From Gemmatimonadota bacterium (lineage in GTDB: Bacteria; Gemmatimonadota; Gemmatimonadetes; Longimicrobiales; RSA9): 39,867 bases of DNA. The number at the start of each line of letters is the position of its first letter. The first letter of the stretch is position 1. The DNA lies in contig JBBDRO010000081.1 in assembly GCA_040905425.1 (NCBI GenBank), forward strand, positions 54,065 through 93,931, given 5' to 3'. Positions 8,127 through 16,781 of this stretch are shown here, one piece after another. The notes below the pieces were generated by a model, which had not been told where the DNA came from, ran no database searches, and was given only the letters and a program-made list of their open reading frames with translations. A program made the position numbers and the translations under genes.

Positions 8127-11100
8127 CTACCAGCGTTCGGGGTGTCCGTCCGCCGTAAAGAACAGGATGCGCTCGCGCACCGGTTCGTTGGTCAGTCGCT
8201 CCCAGGCGCGCGCGTAGAGTTCGAGCTGCGCGCGGTAGCGTTCCATGAGCGCCGGATCGATGGCACGACCCGCCGCGTCCGACTTGTAATCGGCCAGCGT
8301 CCAGCCGTCCGCCTCGCGGAAGGCCAGGTCGATGACGCCCTCGATCACCTCCAGCGGCGCGTCCGGCGCGGCGGGGCCCGCCGAGCCGTGTGCATGGTCC
8401 GTCACCGCGGCCCCCTCCGCGGCTTCCTCCGCGGCTTCCTCCGCGGCTTCCTCCGCGGCCCCCTCCGCGGCTTCCTCCGCGGCCCCCGCCGCGGCAGCAC
8501 CTTCCGCGCCAGGGGTGATGCCCGGCAGGCCGCGCATCAGCACCTGGTACGCCTCGGCCGTCAGGGGCAGCGCGAAGTGGACCTCCGCCAGCCGCTGCTC
8601 CGCGGCCTCGGCGCGCTGCCAGAGCGGCGCTGCCCGCACGGCCTCCACCAGCGCCAGCAGCTCGTCCAGCTCCACGGGCGCGCCGCCGGCGTCCAGCTCC
8701 CGCTCGTTGGCCAGCAGCAGGCCGCGCGCGGTCTCGCGCAACGACTCGCCGCGGGCGCCGCGCGCCGCGGCCTCCAGGAGTCCGTGTACGACCGTGCCCC
8801 ACGCGGGGCCCTTGCCGGCCGGCGACCCCGGGTGCGCCGCATGGCCGTCCTTCACGCGCGCCGTGACCGATGCGGCATGGTAGGAGGGTGTGGCCAGCGC
8901 CGCGCGGGTTTCCGATGCCGCCCGGAGCCGCCCGGCCAGGCCCCCGGCATCGAGCTCGAGCGGCGCCCGCACATCGGCACCGGGCGCCGGCAACTCCAGG
9001 TACGAGCCGGGCATTTCCAGCGCGTCGTAGAGCGGGGCCCACGGCGATTTCTCCGCCTGCCTGGCGGGCACCGCCAGCACCAGCTCGTCCCGAGCGCGGG
9101 TGGCGGCCACGTAGAGCAGGCGCTCGCGCTCCGCCCGTTCGAAGAGCTCCGCCTGATCCACGCGCTCCGCCCAGTCGAGCGGGTGGGCCAGGAGGCGCCA
9201 GGCACCGCGCTCCTCGACGCGCGCGGCGGCCCAGCCCACCGCCGTGCCCTGCACCGCGCGTTCCACGTGCAGGACTGGCTCCGGCGGGCGCCCCGGGTAG
9301 GGATGGGCCAGCACCACCACGGCCGCTTCCAGCCCCTTTGCCTTGTGCAGATTCATCACCCGCACCACGTCCCCACGACCCGGTTCTAGCGGCGCCTCCG
9401 CCTCGTCACTCTCCAGCGCGCCCTCCACCGCCGCGATGGCACCCCCCAGCGAAGCGTCGTCCACGATGGCTGCGGCCCGCACGGAGTCGAGCAGGAAGAG
9501 GAGCGCGCCCGCGCGGCTGGCGCCCAGCTCGCCCGCGGCGGCGTGGGGCAGGAGCCCGAGTTCGTCCACCAGCGCCGGCAGGAAGACGTCGGCCGGCTCG
9601 TTCCGGCTGCGCCGCCACCAGCCGTGCAGCCGCCGCAGTGCGTCTTCCACGGGGCCACCCGCACCCTCGGGCGGCGGGCGCACCAGATCCAGGCGGCCAG
9701 CCCGGTCCACCGTGAAGGCCGTCAGGAGCTCGTAGTCCAGGCCGAAGAAGAGACCCACCAGCACGGCCACCGTGAGGCGCGCGTCACCGGGGTCGTGCAG
9801 CGCCCGCAACAGGAGCAGCAGCTCGTCCAGTTCGTACTCCAGCCCCACGCCCGCGCCCGTGACCTGTACGGGCAGCCCCGCCGCCTCCACGGCGCGGGCA
9901 TAGGCGGCCAACCGCTTCCGGGTGGGCGTCAGGATCAGGAAATCCCCGGCCGTGCGCTCCCCGCGGTCCACCCGCGCGCGCATCCACGCCGCCAGCCGGG
10001 CGGCCTCGGCGGCCACGTTCTCGTCCCGGCTGCCGGCCTCCTCCACCCCGTAATGGCGGACGGCACCGGCGCCGGCCGGGCGCAGCGGCATCAGGGGCGA
10101 GTAGGCTGCCTGATGAGCCGTCGCTTGCTCGGGAAAGCGGGCGCTGAAGACGGCGTTGACAAAGTCCGTGACGACGGGCAGGGAGCGGAAGTTGGCCGTC
10201 AGTTCCAGGACCGCGCCGTCATGGGCAAAGCGGGCCCGGATCTGCTGGTAGAGCGCCACGTCGGCACGCCGGAAGCGGTAGATGCTCTGCTTGGGATCGC
10301 CCACCACGAAGAGGGCGCCGGGCCGCGGGCGTGCGTGCCACCAGCGGGGCGGGTCGCCCTCCGTGGCGCTGTCCGGCGGCGACGCGAGCAGCCAGAGCAC
10401 CTCGGCCTGCACGGGGTCAGTGTCCTGGAATTCGTCCACCAGCAGGTGCCGATAGCGCTCGCCCAGCTCGCGGCGCGCGGCCGGGCTGGAGCGCAGCAGG
10501 CGCGCCGTGCGCTGCAGCAGATCCTGGAAATTCAGTGTGCCGCGCCGGCGCCGCTCCTCCTCGTACGCCGTGGCCGCATCCTGCACGAAGGCCAGCGCGG
10601 CCGGGTAGCGGTAGGCGCGCCAGCCCGCGACCAGGCGCTCGGCCGCGCTACCGGGCGCCGTGAAGGCCTGGAAGTCCTCCAGCAGCGCTTGCGCGGCCCG
10701 CCGCGTGCCCGCGCCCGGGCCCCAGCGCTGCTGCACCACGCTGAGCTTGCGATCGAAGAGTGTGGCCAGGGCGTCGAAGAAACGCTCGTCGCGCCAGCCC
10801 AGCACGAAGCGGTGGAAGCGTAGGGTGCGAAGCCGCTCCTGCAGGGGGTCCCAGCCGTCGGGCGGCTCCTCAATGGGCAGGATGCCGGCGGCCTCGTCCA
10901 TGAGGGCTTCCAGGCGCCTGCGCACCGGATCGGGGTCGGGCCGGTCGAGAGCCTCCGCCTCGAAGCGCACGTCGGGATTGCCCGCCACCAGCGTGAAGAG
11001 GTCCATGAGCTGGGGCGCGCGCAGCCCCACCCGGGCCAGGGCGCCGAGCCGCTCGTCACCCGCGGCCGCCAGCCGCTCGAGATGCGCCTGCCAGAAGCGC

Positions 11101-11609
11101 TGCCGGAGGCGGACCTCCTCGGCGCCGGTGACCTCGCGGAAGCCCGGATCCAGTCCGGCGTCGAGCGGCCGCTCGCGCAGCAGCCGCGCGCAGAAGGCGT
11201 GGATCGTCCCCACGAAGCCCCGTTGGATGTCCCGGAGCGCGTGATCCAGGCGCTCGGCCTCCTCGACCTGCCCTGCGGCGCGTGCCTGCCGGACCGCGGC
11301 CTCGAGTGCGGTCTGGAAACGCTCGCGCAGCTCACCGGCCGCCTTGCGGGTGAAGGTCACGGCCGCCACGCGCTCCACCCGCACCGTGCCCGTGCGCACG
11401 AGCGCCACCATGCGGTCGACCATGGCGGTGGTCTTGCCCGCCCCGGCACCAGCCTCGACCAGAAGGTTGCGCTCCAGATGGCTCGTGACACGGTGCCGGG
11501 CGGCCGCGTCGGGCAGAGCTTCCTCGACGGGCACCGGCGGCTCCGCCCGCGCTGGGGGAGCCGAAGCGAAGAGGTCCGCCTGGACGTCTCTGGGATCTGC
11601 TGCGCTCAC
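8127..11609 (-). CDS. addA: AddA/RecB-like UvrD-family helicase with C-terminal PD-(D/E)XK nuclease
   Basis: Walker A EAGAGAGKTT, TFTRKAA, GTIHAF, LVDEFQDT, VGDPKQSIYRFR, NFRS, HKAKGLE, LLYVAATRAR, nuclease GVIDL...DYKSD. Start set at GTG 11609 (uncertain) because the 11762 start overlaps the divergent gene. Confidence 0.9.
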   Translation of the reverse strand: MSAADPRDVQADLFASAPPARAEPPVPVEEALPDAAARHRVTSHLERNLLVEAGAGAGKTTAMVDRMVALVRTGTVRVERVAAVTFTRKAAGELRERFQTALEAAVRQARAAGQVEEAERLDHALRDIQRGFVGTIHAFCARLLRERPLDAGLDPGFREVTGAEEVRLRQRFWQAHLERLAAAGDERLGALARVGLRAPQLMDLFTLVAGNPDVRFEAEALDRPDPDPVRRRLEALMDEAAGILPIEEPPDGWDPLQERLRTLRFHRFVLGWRDERFFDALATLFDRKLSVVQQRWGPGAGTRRAAQALLEDFQAFTAPGSAAERLVAGWRAYRYPAALAFVQDAATAYEEERRRRGTLNFQDLLQRTARLLRSSPAARRELGERYRHLLVDEFQDTDPVQAEVLWLLASPPDSATEGDPPRWWHARPRPGALFVVGDPKQSIYRFRRADVALYQQIRARFAHDGAVLELTANFRSLPVVTDFVNAVFSARFPEQATAHQAAYSPLMPLRPAGAGAVRHYGVEEAGSRDENVAAEAARLAAWMRARVDRGERTAGDFLILTPTRKRLAAYARAVEAAGLPVQVTGAGVGLEYELDELLLLLRALHDPGDARLTVAVLVGLFFGLDYELLTAFTVDRAGRLDLVRPPPEGAGGPVEDALRRLHGWWRRSRNEPADVFLPALVDELGLLPHAAAGELGASRAGALLFLLDSVRAAAIVDDASLGGAIAAVEGALESDEAEAPLEPGRGDVVRVMNLHKAKGLEAAVVVLAHPYPGRPPEPVLHVERAVQGTAVGWAAARVEERGAWRLLAHPLDWAERVDQAELFERAERERLLYVAATRARDELVLAVPARQAEKSPWAPLYDALEMPGSYLELPAPGADVRAPLELDAGGLAGRLRAASETRAALATPSYHAASVTARVKDGHAAHPGSPAGKGPAWGTVVHGLLEAAARGARGESLRETARGLLLANERELDAGGAPVELDELLALVEAVRAAPLWQRAEAAEQRLAEVHFALPLTAEAYQVLMRGLPGITPGAEGAAAAGAAEEAAEGAAEEAAEEAAEEAAEGAAVTDHAHGSAGPAAPDAPLEVIEGVIDLAFREADGWTLADYKSDAAGRAIDPALMERYRAQLELYARAWERLTNEPVRERILFFTADGHPERW
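8405..8488. repeat. In-frame 12-bp minisatellite, 7 copies (ccgcggcttcct/ccgcggccccct), encoding AAEE/AAEG units in AddA
   Basis: Units start at 8405, 8417, 8429, 8441, 8453, 8465 and 8477. Confidence 0.95.
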
Positions 11610-11693
11610 GCTACCACGTGGGTTCGTCCATGGAAGGGTCGATCTCCTGCATGATGGGGAAACACGGCCGCCGGGGCGAGGGGAGAGCGGTCG

Positions 11694-11708
11694 CGGCACG
11701 GCCCCTGC
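11694..11708 (+). promoter_or_regulatory. Possible sigma54 -24/-12 promoter
   Basis: cGGCACGgccccTGC, with GG (11695) and GC (11707) at the canonical spacing, 33 bp upstream of ATG 11742. Confidence 0.4.
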
Positions 11709-11741
11709 CAGAGGAAGACGCACTCGAACAGGGAGATACCC

Positions 11742-12248
11742 ATGCGCACGCCAATACGCCACTCGCTACTGCCGGCCGCCGTCGTCCTGGCGCTCGCCGG
11801 CTGCGGCGCGGGCACGCCAGACGCGGACGCGGAGGCCGACGCGGATGCGTCCGCCACAGAGACCCAGATGGCCACGCCGCCCGCGGATGCCACCGAGCAG
11901 ACGGGTGACGCAGGATCCGCGACCGGCGGCGCCGCGACCGCGGCCGAAGGCAATGCCCCTGGCACCTTCATTCCGGTCACCGACACGTGGGACTCCGTGC
12001 GGGACGGACTGCACGTTGTGCTCAGCTACGACGAGGGGCTGGACGCCTTCAAGGGCATGATCACGAACAACACCAGCGGCACGCTGTGCCGCGCCCAGGT
12101 ATCCGTACAGCTGGAGAACGGCCCGGACCTCGGCCCGAGCGCCCCCGTGGACCTGAACGCGGGCGCCGCGCGGCCCGTGGAGATCCGGGTGGACGGCGAG
12201 CCGGTGGAGTTCTTTGCCGCCAACTCCATGGTGCAGGACTGCGGCTGA
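11742..12248 (+). CDS. Hypothetical lipoprotein (acidic Ala/Thr-rich linker + small beta-rich domain)
   Basis: GGGAG RBS; lipobox LALAG-C; DADAEADADA linker; globular C-terminal ~95 aa. Confidence 0.8.
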   Translation: MRTPIRHSLLPAAVVLALAGCGAGTPDADAEADADASATETQMATPPADATEQTGDAGSATGGAATAAEGNAPGTFIPVTDTWDSVRDGLHVVLSYDEGLDAFKGMITNNTSGTLCRAQVSVQLENGPDLGPSAPVDLNAGAARPVEIRVDGEPVEFFAANSMVQDCG

Positions 12249-12320
12249 AGCCCACCCGCCGCGCGCCGCCCTGCCTCCGCCGCGCATGACACCCGCGCCG
12301 CGGAGACGTATTCTGTTGGC

Positions 12321-13361
12321 ATGATGACCGAAGCGTCGGACGGCAGCGTCTTCGTGACCCGCCGCGTTCCGGAACCCGGGCTGGAGCGGCTGCGCGCCGC
12401 GGGCGCCCGGGTGGTCGTGGGCCAGGAGGATCCCGAGCGCGGCCTGGAGCGCGCTGCCATGCTGGACGGGATCCGCGGCGCGGACGTGCTGCTCTCCCTA
12501 CTCACCGAGCCCGTGGACGCGCCGGTACTGGACGCCAATCCACGGCTCCGCGGCGTGGCCAACTACGCGGTAGGCTACAACAACGTGGACGTGGCGGCCG
12601 CCACGGAGCGTGGCATTCCGGTGAGCAACACGCCCGGCGTGCTCACCGAGACCACCGCCGATCTCACCTGGGCGCTCCTGCTCGCGGCGGCCCGCCGCAT
12701 CCCCGAGGCCCACGCCTACATGAGCGCCGGGCGCTACCGGATCTGGGGGCCCTCACTGCTGCTGGGCGCGGACGTGGGCCCGGGCGCGGACGGCCGCCGC
12801 AGGGTGCTCGGCATCCTGGGCTTCGGCCGCATCGGCCGGGCGGTGGCCCGACGGGCCCGTGGCTTCGACATGGAGGTGCTGGCCCACGACCCCTACGCCC
12901 GTGACGCGGTGGAGGCGGCCGACGGCGTGGCCTGGGCGGAGCGCCACGAACTCATCGAGCGCAGTGACTTCCTCACCCTGCACGCCCTCCTCACGGACGA
13001 GACGCGGCACATGATCGGGGAGGCGGAGCTGCGTGCCATGAAGCCCACTGCCTACCTGGTGAACGTGGCCCGTGGTTCGCTGGTGGACGAGGGGGCGCTG
13101 GTGCGCGCGCTCACCGGCGGCTGGATCGCCGGCGCCGCGCTCGACGTCTACGAGGAAGAGCCCGCCATGGCGCCTGGCCTGGCGGCGTGCCCGAACGCCG
13201 TGCTCGTGCCGCACGTGGGCAGTGCCACGGTTGAAACGCGCGCATGCATGGCCACCATGGCGGCGGACAACGCCCTGGCGCACCTGCGCGGGGAGCGCGC
13301 GCCGAACTGCGTGAACCCCGAGGTCTACCGCGCGCCGGCGTGGCGGGAGCGCCGCGCATGA
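12321..13361 (+). CDS. D-glycerate dehydrogenase / glyoxylate-hydroxypyruvate reductase (D-2-hydroxyacid dehydrogenase, GyaR-like)
   Basis: ANYAVGYNNVD, NTPGVLTETTAD, GFGRIG, NVARG, DVYEEEP, PHVGS. Confidence 0.92.
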   Translation: MMTEASDGSVFVTRRVPEPGLERLRAAGARVVVGQEDPERGLERAAMLDGIRGADVLLSLLTEPVDAPVLDANPRLRGVANYAVGYNNVDVAAATERGIPVSNTPGVLTETTADLTWALLLAAARRIPEAHAYMSAGRYRIWGPSLLLGADVGPGADGRRRVLGILGFGRIGRAVARRARGFDMEVLAHDPYARDAVEAADGVAWAERHELIERSDFLTLHALLTDETRHMIGEAELRAMKPTAYLVNVARGSLVDEGALVRALTGGWIAGAALDVYEEEPAMAPGLAACPNAVLVPHVGSATVETRACMATMAADNALAHLRGERAPNCVNPEVYRAPAWRERRA

Positions 13362-14710
13362 GCACGCCCGAGGAGCTGCGCGAGGACGCGCGCGCCATCC
13401 TGGAGGCCGCCGTGGCGGGCGTGGCACCCGAGCCACTCGTGCAACGGGCCCTGAAGCGGACTGGAACCCTGCCCGGTACCGGTCCGGTCACGGTACTGGC
13501 CATCGGCAAGGCGGCGCTCGGCATGGCGTGGGGCGCGCACGAGGCGCTCGGTGAGCGCGTGCGCCGCGGCCTCATCCTGGCTCCCGCCGACCAGGACGGC
13601 GTGCCCGCGGCCAGCGGTGTCCGCCGTGATCCGCCCCCTCGTTATACGCTCCGCCGGGGCGGTCATCCGCTGCCCACCGCGGCGGGCGTGGCGGCGGCAC
13701 ACGAAGTGGTGGCCCTCCTGCGGGCCCTGTCTGCAAGCGACGTCCTCCTTGCCCTCGTTTCCGGCGGTACTTCCTCGCTCGTGGCCCTGCCGGCCGCCGG
13801 CATCACGCTGGATGACTACCGGCGCGTCACGGAGCTGCTGCTGCGCGCCGGGGCGCCGATCTACGAGCTGAACACGGTGCGCAAGCACATCGACGTGCTG
13901 AAGGGTGGGCGGGCCGCCGCGCTCGCCGCACCCGCACGCGTGGTGAGCCTGCTCGTCTCGGACGTAGTGGGCAACGAACCGGGGGTGATCGCGTCGGGGC
14001 CCTTCGCGCCCGATCCGACCCGCTACGCCGACGCGCTCGAAGTGCTCCGCGCCCGGCAGGTGCTGGAGGCCGTGCCCGCGAGCGTGCGCACCCATCTGGA
14101 GGCGGGAGCGCGCGGGGAGGTGGAGGAGTCACCGTCGCCTGGTGCCGACGTCTTCGCGGCCGTGAGGACCGACGTGGTGGCGGACAACGCACTGGCGCTC
14201 CACGCCGCCGCGCGGCGGGCCGCCTCCCTGGGCTACGCCGTCCGGCTCCTGGACGCGCCGTTCGAGGGCGAGGCCCGCACACAGGGCGCCGCCTTCGCGG
14301 ATCTGCTCCAGGCGGAGTGCAGCGCCGGCGCGCGTCTGTGCGTGCTGCGGGGCGGTGAGACCACGGTCACGGTGCGCGGCCAGGGCCGCGGCGGCCGCAA
14401 CCAGGAGTTTGCCCTGGCCGCCGCGCTCCGCCTGGCCGACCGGGAGGACCTGCTCGTGGGCGCCCTCGGCACGGACGGCGTGGACGGCCCCACGGACGCC
14501 GCTGGCGCCCTGGTGGACGGCGGCACGGTGGCGCGCGGCCTGGAGGCCGGCGTGGACGCCACCAGCGCCCTGGATGACAACGACGCCTACACGTTCTTTG
14601 CCGCGGAAGGCAATCTGGTGCGCACCGGCGCCACGGGCGTGAACGTCATGGACGTGGCGGTGGGGCTGTGCGGCGGGGATGGGGGCGTTGACCACCCGGC
14701 CAGCCGGTGA
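13358..14710 (+). CDS. Glycerate 2-kinase, class II (DUF4147 + MOFRL; TtuD/GckA-like)
   Basis: ATGA overlap with upstream stop; IGKAA, GHPLP, SGGTSSL, ELNTVRKH, KGG, SDVVG, IASGP, GGETTV, GGRNQE, GTDGVDG, TGVNVMD. Confidence 0.92.
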   Translation: MSTPEELREDARAILEAAVAGVAPEPLVQRALKRTGTLPGTGPVTVLAIGKAALGMAWGAHEALGERVRRGLILAPADQDGVPAASGVRRDPPPRYTLRRGGHPLPTAAGVAAAHEVVALLRALSASDVLLALVSGGTSSLVALPAAGITLDDYRRVTELLLRAGAPIYELNTVRKHIDVLKGGRAAALAAPARVVSLLVSDVVGNEPGVIASGPFAPDPTRYADALEVLRARQVLEAVPASVRTHLEAGARGEVEESPSPGADVFAAVRTDVVADNALALHAAARRAASLGYAVRLLDAPFEGEARTQGAAFADLLQAECSAGARLCVLRGGETTVTVRGQGRGGRNQEFALAAALRLADREDLLVGALGTDGVDGPTDAAGALVDGGTVARGLEAGVDATSALDDNDAYTFFAAEGNLVRTGATGVNVMDVAVGLCGGDGGVDHPASR

Positions 14711-14751
14711 GGAGAGGCGGCGGCTGTGAGCGTGCGATCCGCGATCGGCTC

Positions 14752-14930
14752 GTGCCATCAAAGCCACAACCGCGGGGGTCGGCGGTGGCGGTTGCGTGTT
14801 TGATGGGAATAATTGCCATCAGAACCACAAGCGCCGCGCCGGCGGTGGCCATGCGATGTTTAATGGGAATTATTGCCGTCAAACCTGCAAGGGGTCGGAT
14901 GCACGCTGGCGCGTGTGGCTCTGATAGCAA
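14752..14930. repeat. Three-unit (~60-bp period) degenerate palindromic repeat array with terminal inverted repeats
   Basis: tgccRtca recurs at 14753, 14814 and 14874. 14797-14821 vs 14857-14881 match 22/25. Termini tgccatcaaagccaca (14753-14768) and tgtggctctgatagca (14914-14929) are 14/16 inverted. Confidence 0.8.
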
Positions 14931-14960
14931 CGGCCGGGCCGATCCCCTCACACGACAGCT

Positions 14961-15494
14961 TTACAGGGCCAGCTTCTCCGCCACTTTGCGGACCGTTCGA
15001 TCATTACGAAAGGTCACGGCGCGGCCCAACGCCCGCTCGAACGTGGCGCCAGTCAGCTTGGAGTGGCTGAACCTGCCGGCGGGGGTCCAGTAGATCTGGG
15101 TGCCCTCGACGGTTACGCTGTCTTCGGCGCCGCCGAGCGCCACGACGCGCTCCGCCTCGGCCGGCGTGAGCGGCCCACGCGTGAAGCCTATGTAGACCGT
15201 GGCGCCCTCGGGCGCCTCGCTGAGCGGCGCCGCCTCCAGGATGGCTGCCAGCTCCTCCGGCGTCCGGAGGAACGTGGCCACGCCGTAGCCGAGCGCCACC
15301 TCCAGCCCCGCCTCGATCTGCACTTCCAGTTCCCCGGCGGCCGCCTCCTCCGCGCTGAACATGACGTTGCCGCTGGCAATGTGGGTGGAGACCTCGGCGC
15401 AGCCGAACTCCGCGAACAGCGCCCGCAGGCGATCCATCTTGACGTTGTGGCCGCCCACGTTGATGGCGCGCAGGAAGGCGGCGTAGCGGGTCAT
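14961..15494 (-). CDS. DUF1697 family protein
   Basis: N-terminus YAAFLRAINVGGHNVKMD, THIASGNV, C-terminal TFRN..TVRK. Confidence 0.88.
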   Translation of the reverse strand: MTRYAAFLRAINVGGHNVKMDRLRALFAEFGCAEVSTHIASGNVMFSAEEAAAGELEVQIEAGLEVALGYGVATFLRTPEELAAILEAAPLSEAPEGATVYIGFTRGPLTPAEAERVVALGGAEDSVTVEGTQIYWTPAGRFSHSKLTGATFERALGRAVTFRNDRTVRKVAEKLAL

Positions 15495-16648
15495 CGGCCG
15501 GCCTCCTTCTCGAGTGGGCGAACGCTCACCGTCTGAACGTCCAGCGAGTCGTGCTCCAGCACCACCAGCTCGTCCCGGCCGATCTCCAGGATCTGCCAGT
15601 TGGACGGCGTACGGACGCTGGCGGCGGCCGTCCCATCAGGGCCGAGCACGGCCCACGTGAAGCTGTCGGGCGACGCCACGAACACACTCCCCATGCTGAG
15701 TGCCTGCGAGGGCAGCGGCGTGTCCAGCGGCGGGTAGTGCAGCACCCACAGATTGCCGGTGCCGTCTGCGATCAGGTGGCCGATGAGGGGATAGCGTTCG
15801 GGCACTGGTCCGAATACGGGATGCACTGAATCGCGGAGTTCTCGTGGCACGGGACGGCTCACCGCCGGCAGGCGCCAGGTGGCCACCCGCCGACCGTTCC
15901 GGTCGAAGACGGACAGGGAGTCGGCATTGCTGCTGCCCACGAAGAGCCGATGCTCCCCCACGGCCGCAAGCAGGATATTGCCGAATGCCGCATTCCGATT
16001 GCCGTCCCGGATGGCGATGCCCGGCAGCGCCACCAGGGAGTCCACCTTACCCGTCAGGCGATCGAAGAGGATCGCCATCGGCGGTGGACCCGTGCCTGCG
16101 GAGCCGCTGGGGCAGCCATCCGCCACGGAGGGGGCCATGCCGATGATGACGCGGCCATCAGCCAGGAGGGTGCCCCACGATCCAAGCCAATCCTGGCACC
16201 GCGGCAGGCCAGGCGAACCCGGTCCCAGACTCTCCCTGCGCACCACAGCGCCCTGCCCGTCGATCCACGCCAGCTCCGACCGGGTCAGGATCACCAGCGT
16301 ATCCCCACCCCGCGCCATGGACAGGAACGGCGCGTCGAACTCCTGCGGTCCACCGCCCCGCCCGCCTGTCGTGCGCAGCAGGTTACCGGCGGCGTCGAAG
16401 TAGCGGAGTTCAGGTACCGCCTGCTCGGCCACCACCAGGCTACCGTCCGCCAGGAGCGCCGCGTCGATCACCCGCTCGAGCTGGTGCCCCGGGCGGGTAT
16501 CGTAGCCGCCCACCTCGCGGGCAGGCGCCCCCGGGGTCCAGACCGGGAGGCTCGTGTTGCCGGCGTCCTCGCCGGCACAGGCGGTAGCAACGAATGCCGC
16601 GGTGAGCAGGAGCGCATGGTTGAGCACACGCGTGGCGGTTGGCTTCAT
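15491..16648 (-). CDS. Six-bladed beta-propeller (NHL/TolB-like) lipoprotein
   Basis: Lipobox FVATA-C, GGRGGGPQEF, ADGTGNLWV, C-terminal HDSLDVQTV; ATGA overlap with the DUF1697 gene. Start set at ATG 16648. Confidence 0.8.
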   Translation of the reverse strand: MKPTATRVLNHALLLTAAFVATACAGEDAGNTSLPVWTPGAPAREVGGYDTRPGHQLERVIDAALLADGSLVVAEQAVPELRYFDAAGNLLRTTGGRGGGPQEFDAPFLSMARGGDTLVILTRSELAWIDGQGAVVRRESLGPGSPGLPRCQDWLGSWGTLLADGRVIIGMAPSVADGCPSGSAGTGPPPMAILFDRLTGKVDSLVALPGIAIRDGNRNAAFGNILLAAVGEHRLFVGSSNADSLSVFDRNGRRVATWRLPAVSRPVPRELRDSVHPVFGPVPERYPLIGHLIADGTGNLWVLHYPPLDTPLPSQALSMGSVFVASPDSFTWAVLGPDGTAAASVRTPSNWQILEIGRDELVVLEHDSLDVQTVSVRPLEKEAGR

Positions 16649-16715
16649 GCCGCACGGAGGTGAGGGACGCGATGACGGTGGCTCGCAAGGTAGTGAGCCG
16701 ACGGGGGACGTCGCC

Positions 16716-16762
16716 AGAAACACCGCGCCCCCCGGACGGCGTGGCCATGCGGGGGGCGCGGT
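16716..16762 (-). terminator. Probable intrinsic terminator after the amidohydrolase operon
   Basis: Perfect 13-bp stem accgcgccccccg (16722-16734) / cggggggcgcggt (16750-16762), followed on the minus strand by GTTTCT, about 20 bp after stop 16782. Confidence 0.6.
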
Positions 16763-16781
16763 ACGCTCGTGGGAGCGCGGG

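Noticed and set aside
11612..11653. Short peptide MQEIDPSMDEPTW* ending just before the addA GTG, considered as a left-over addB tail
   Set aside because: No recognisable similarity to AddB; too short to support.
14752..14930. CRISPR mini-array or integron attC interpretation of the 60-bp repeats
   Set aside because: Only two full degenerate junction repeats; the 'spacers' share sequence (ggcggtggc); no cas or integrase gene; no convincing attC box arrangement.
14707..15093. 128-aa ORF with CLMGIIA repeats as a RiPP precursor or real gene
   Set aside because: Overlaps the DUF1697 gene by about 130 bp; the repeats are explained by the DNA palindrome; no modifying enzymes adjacent.
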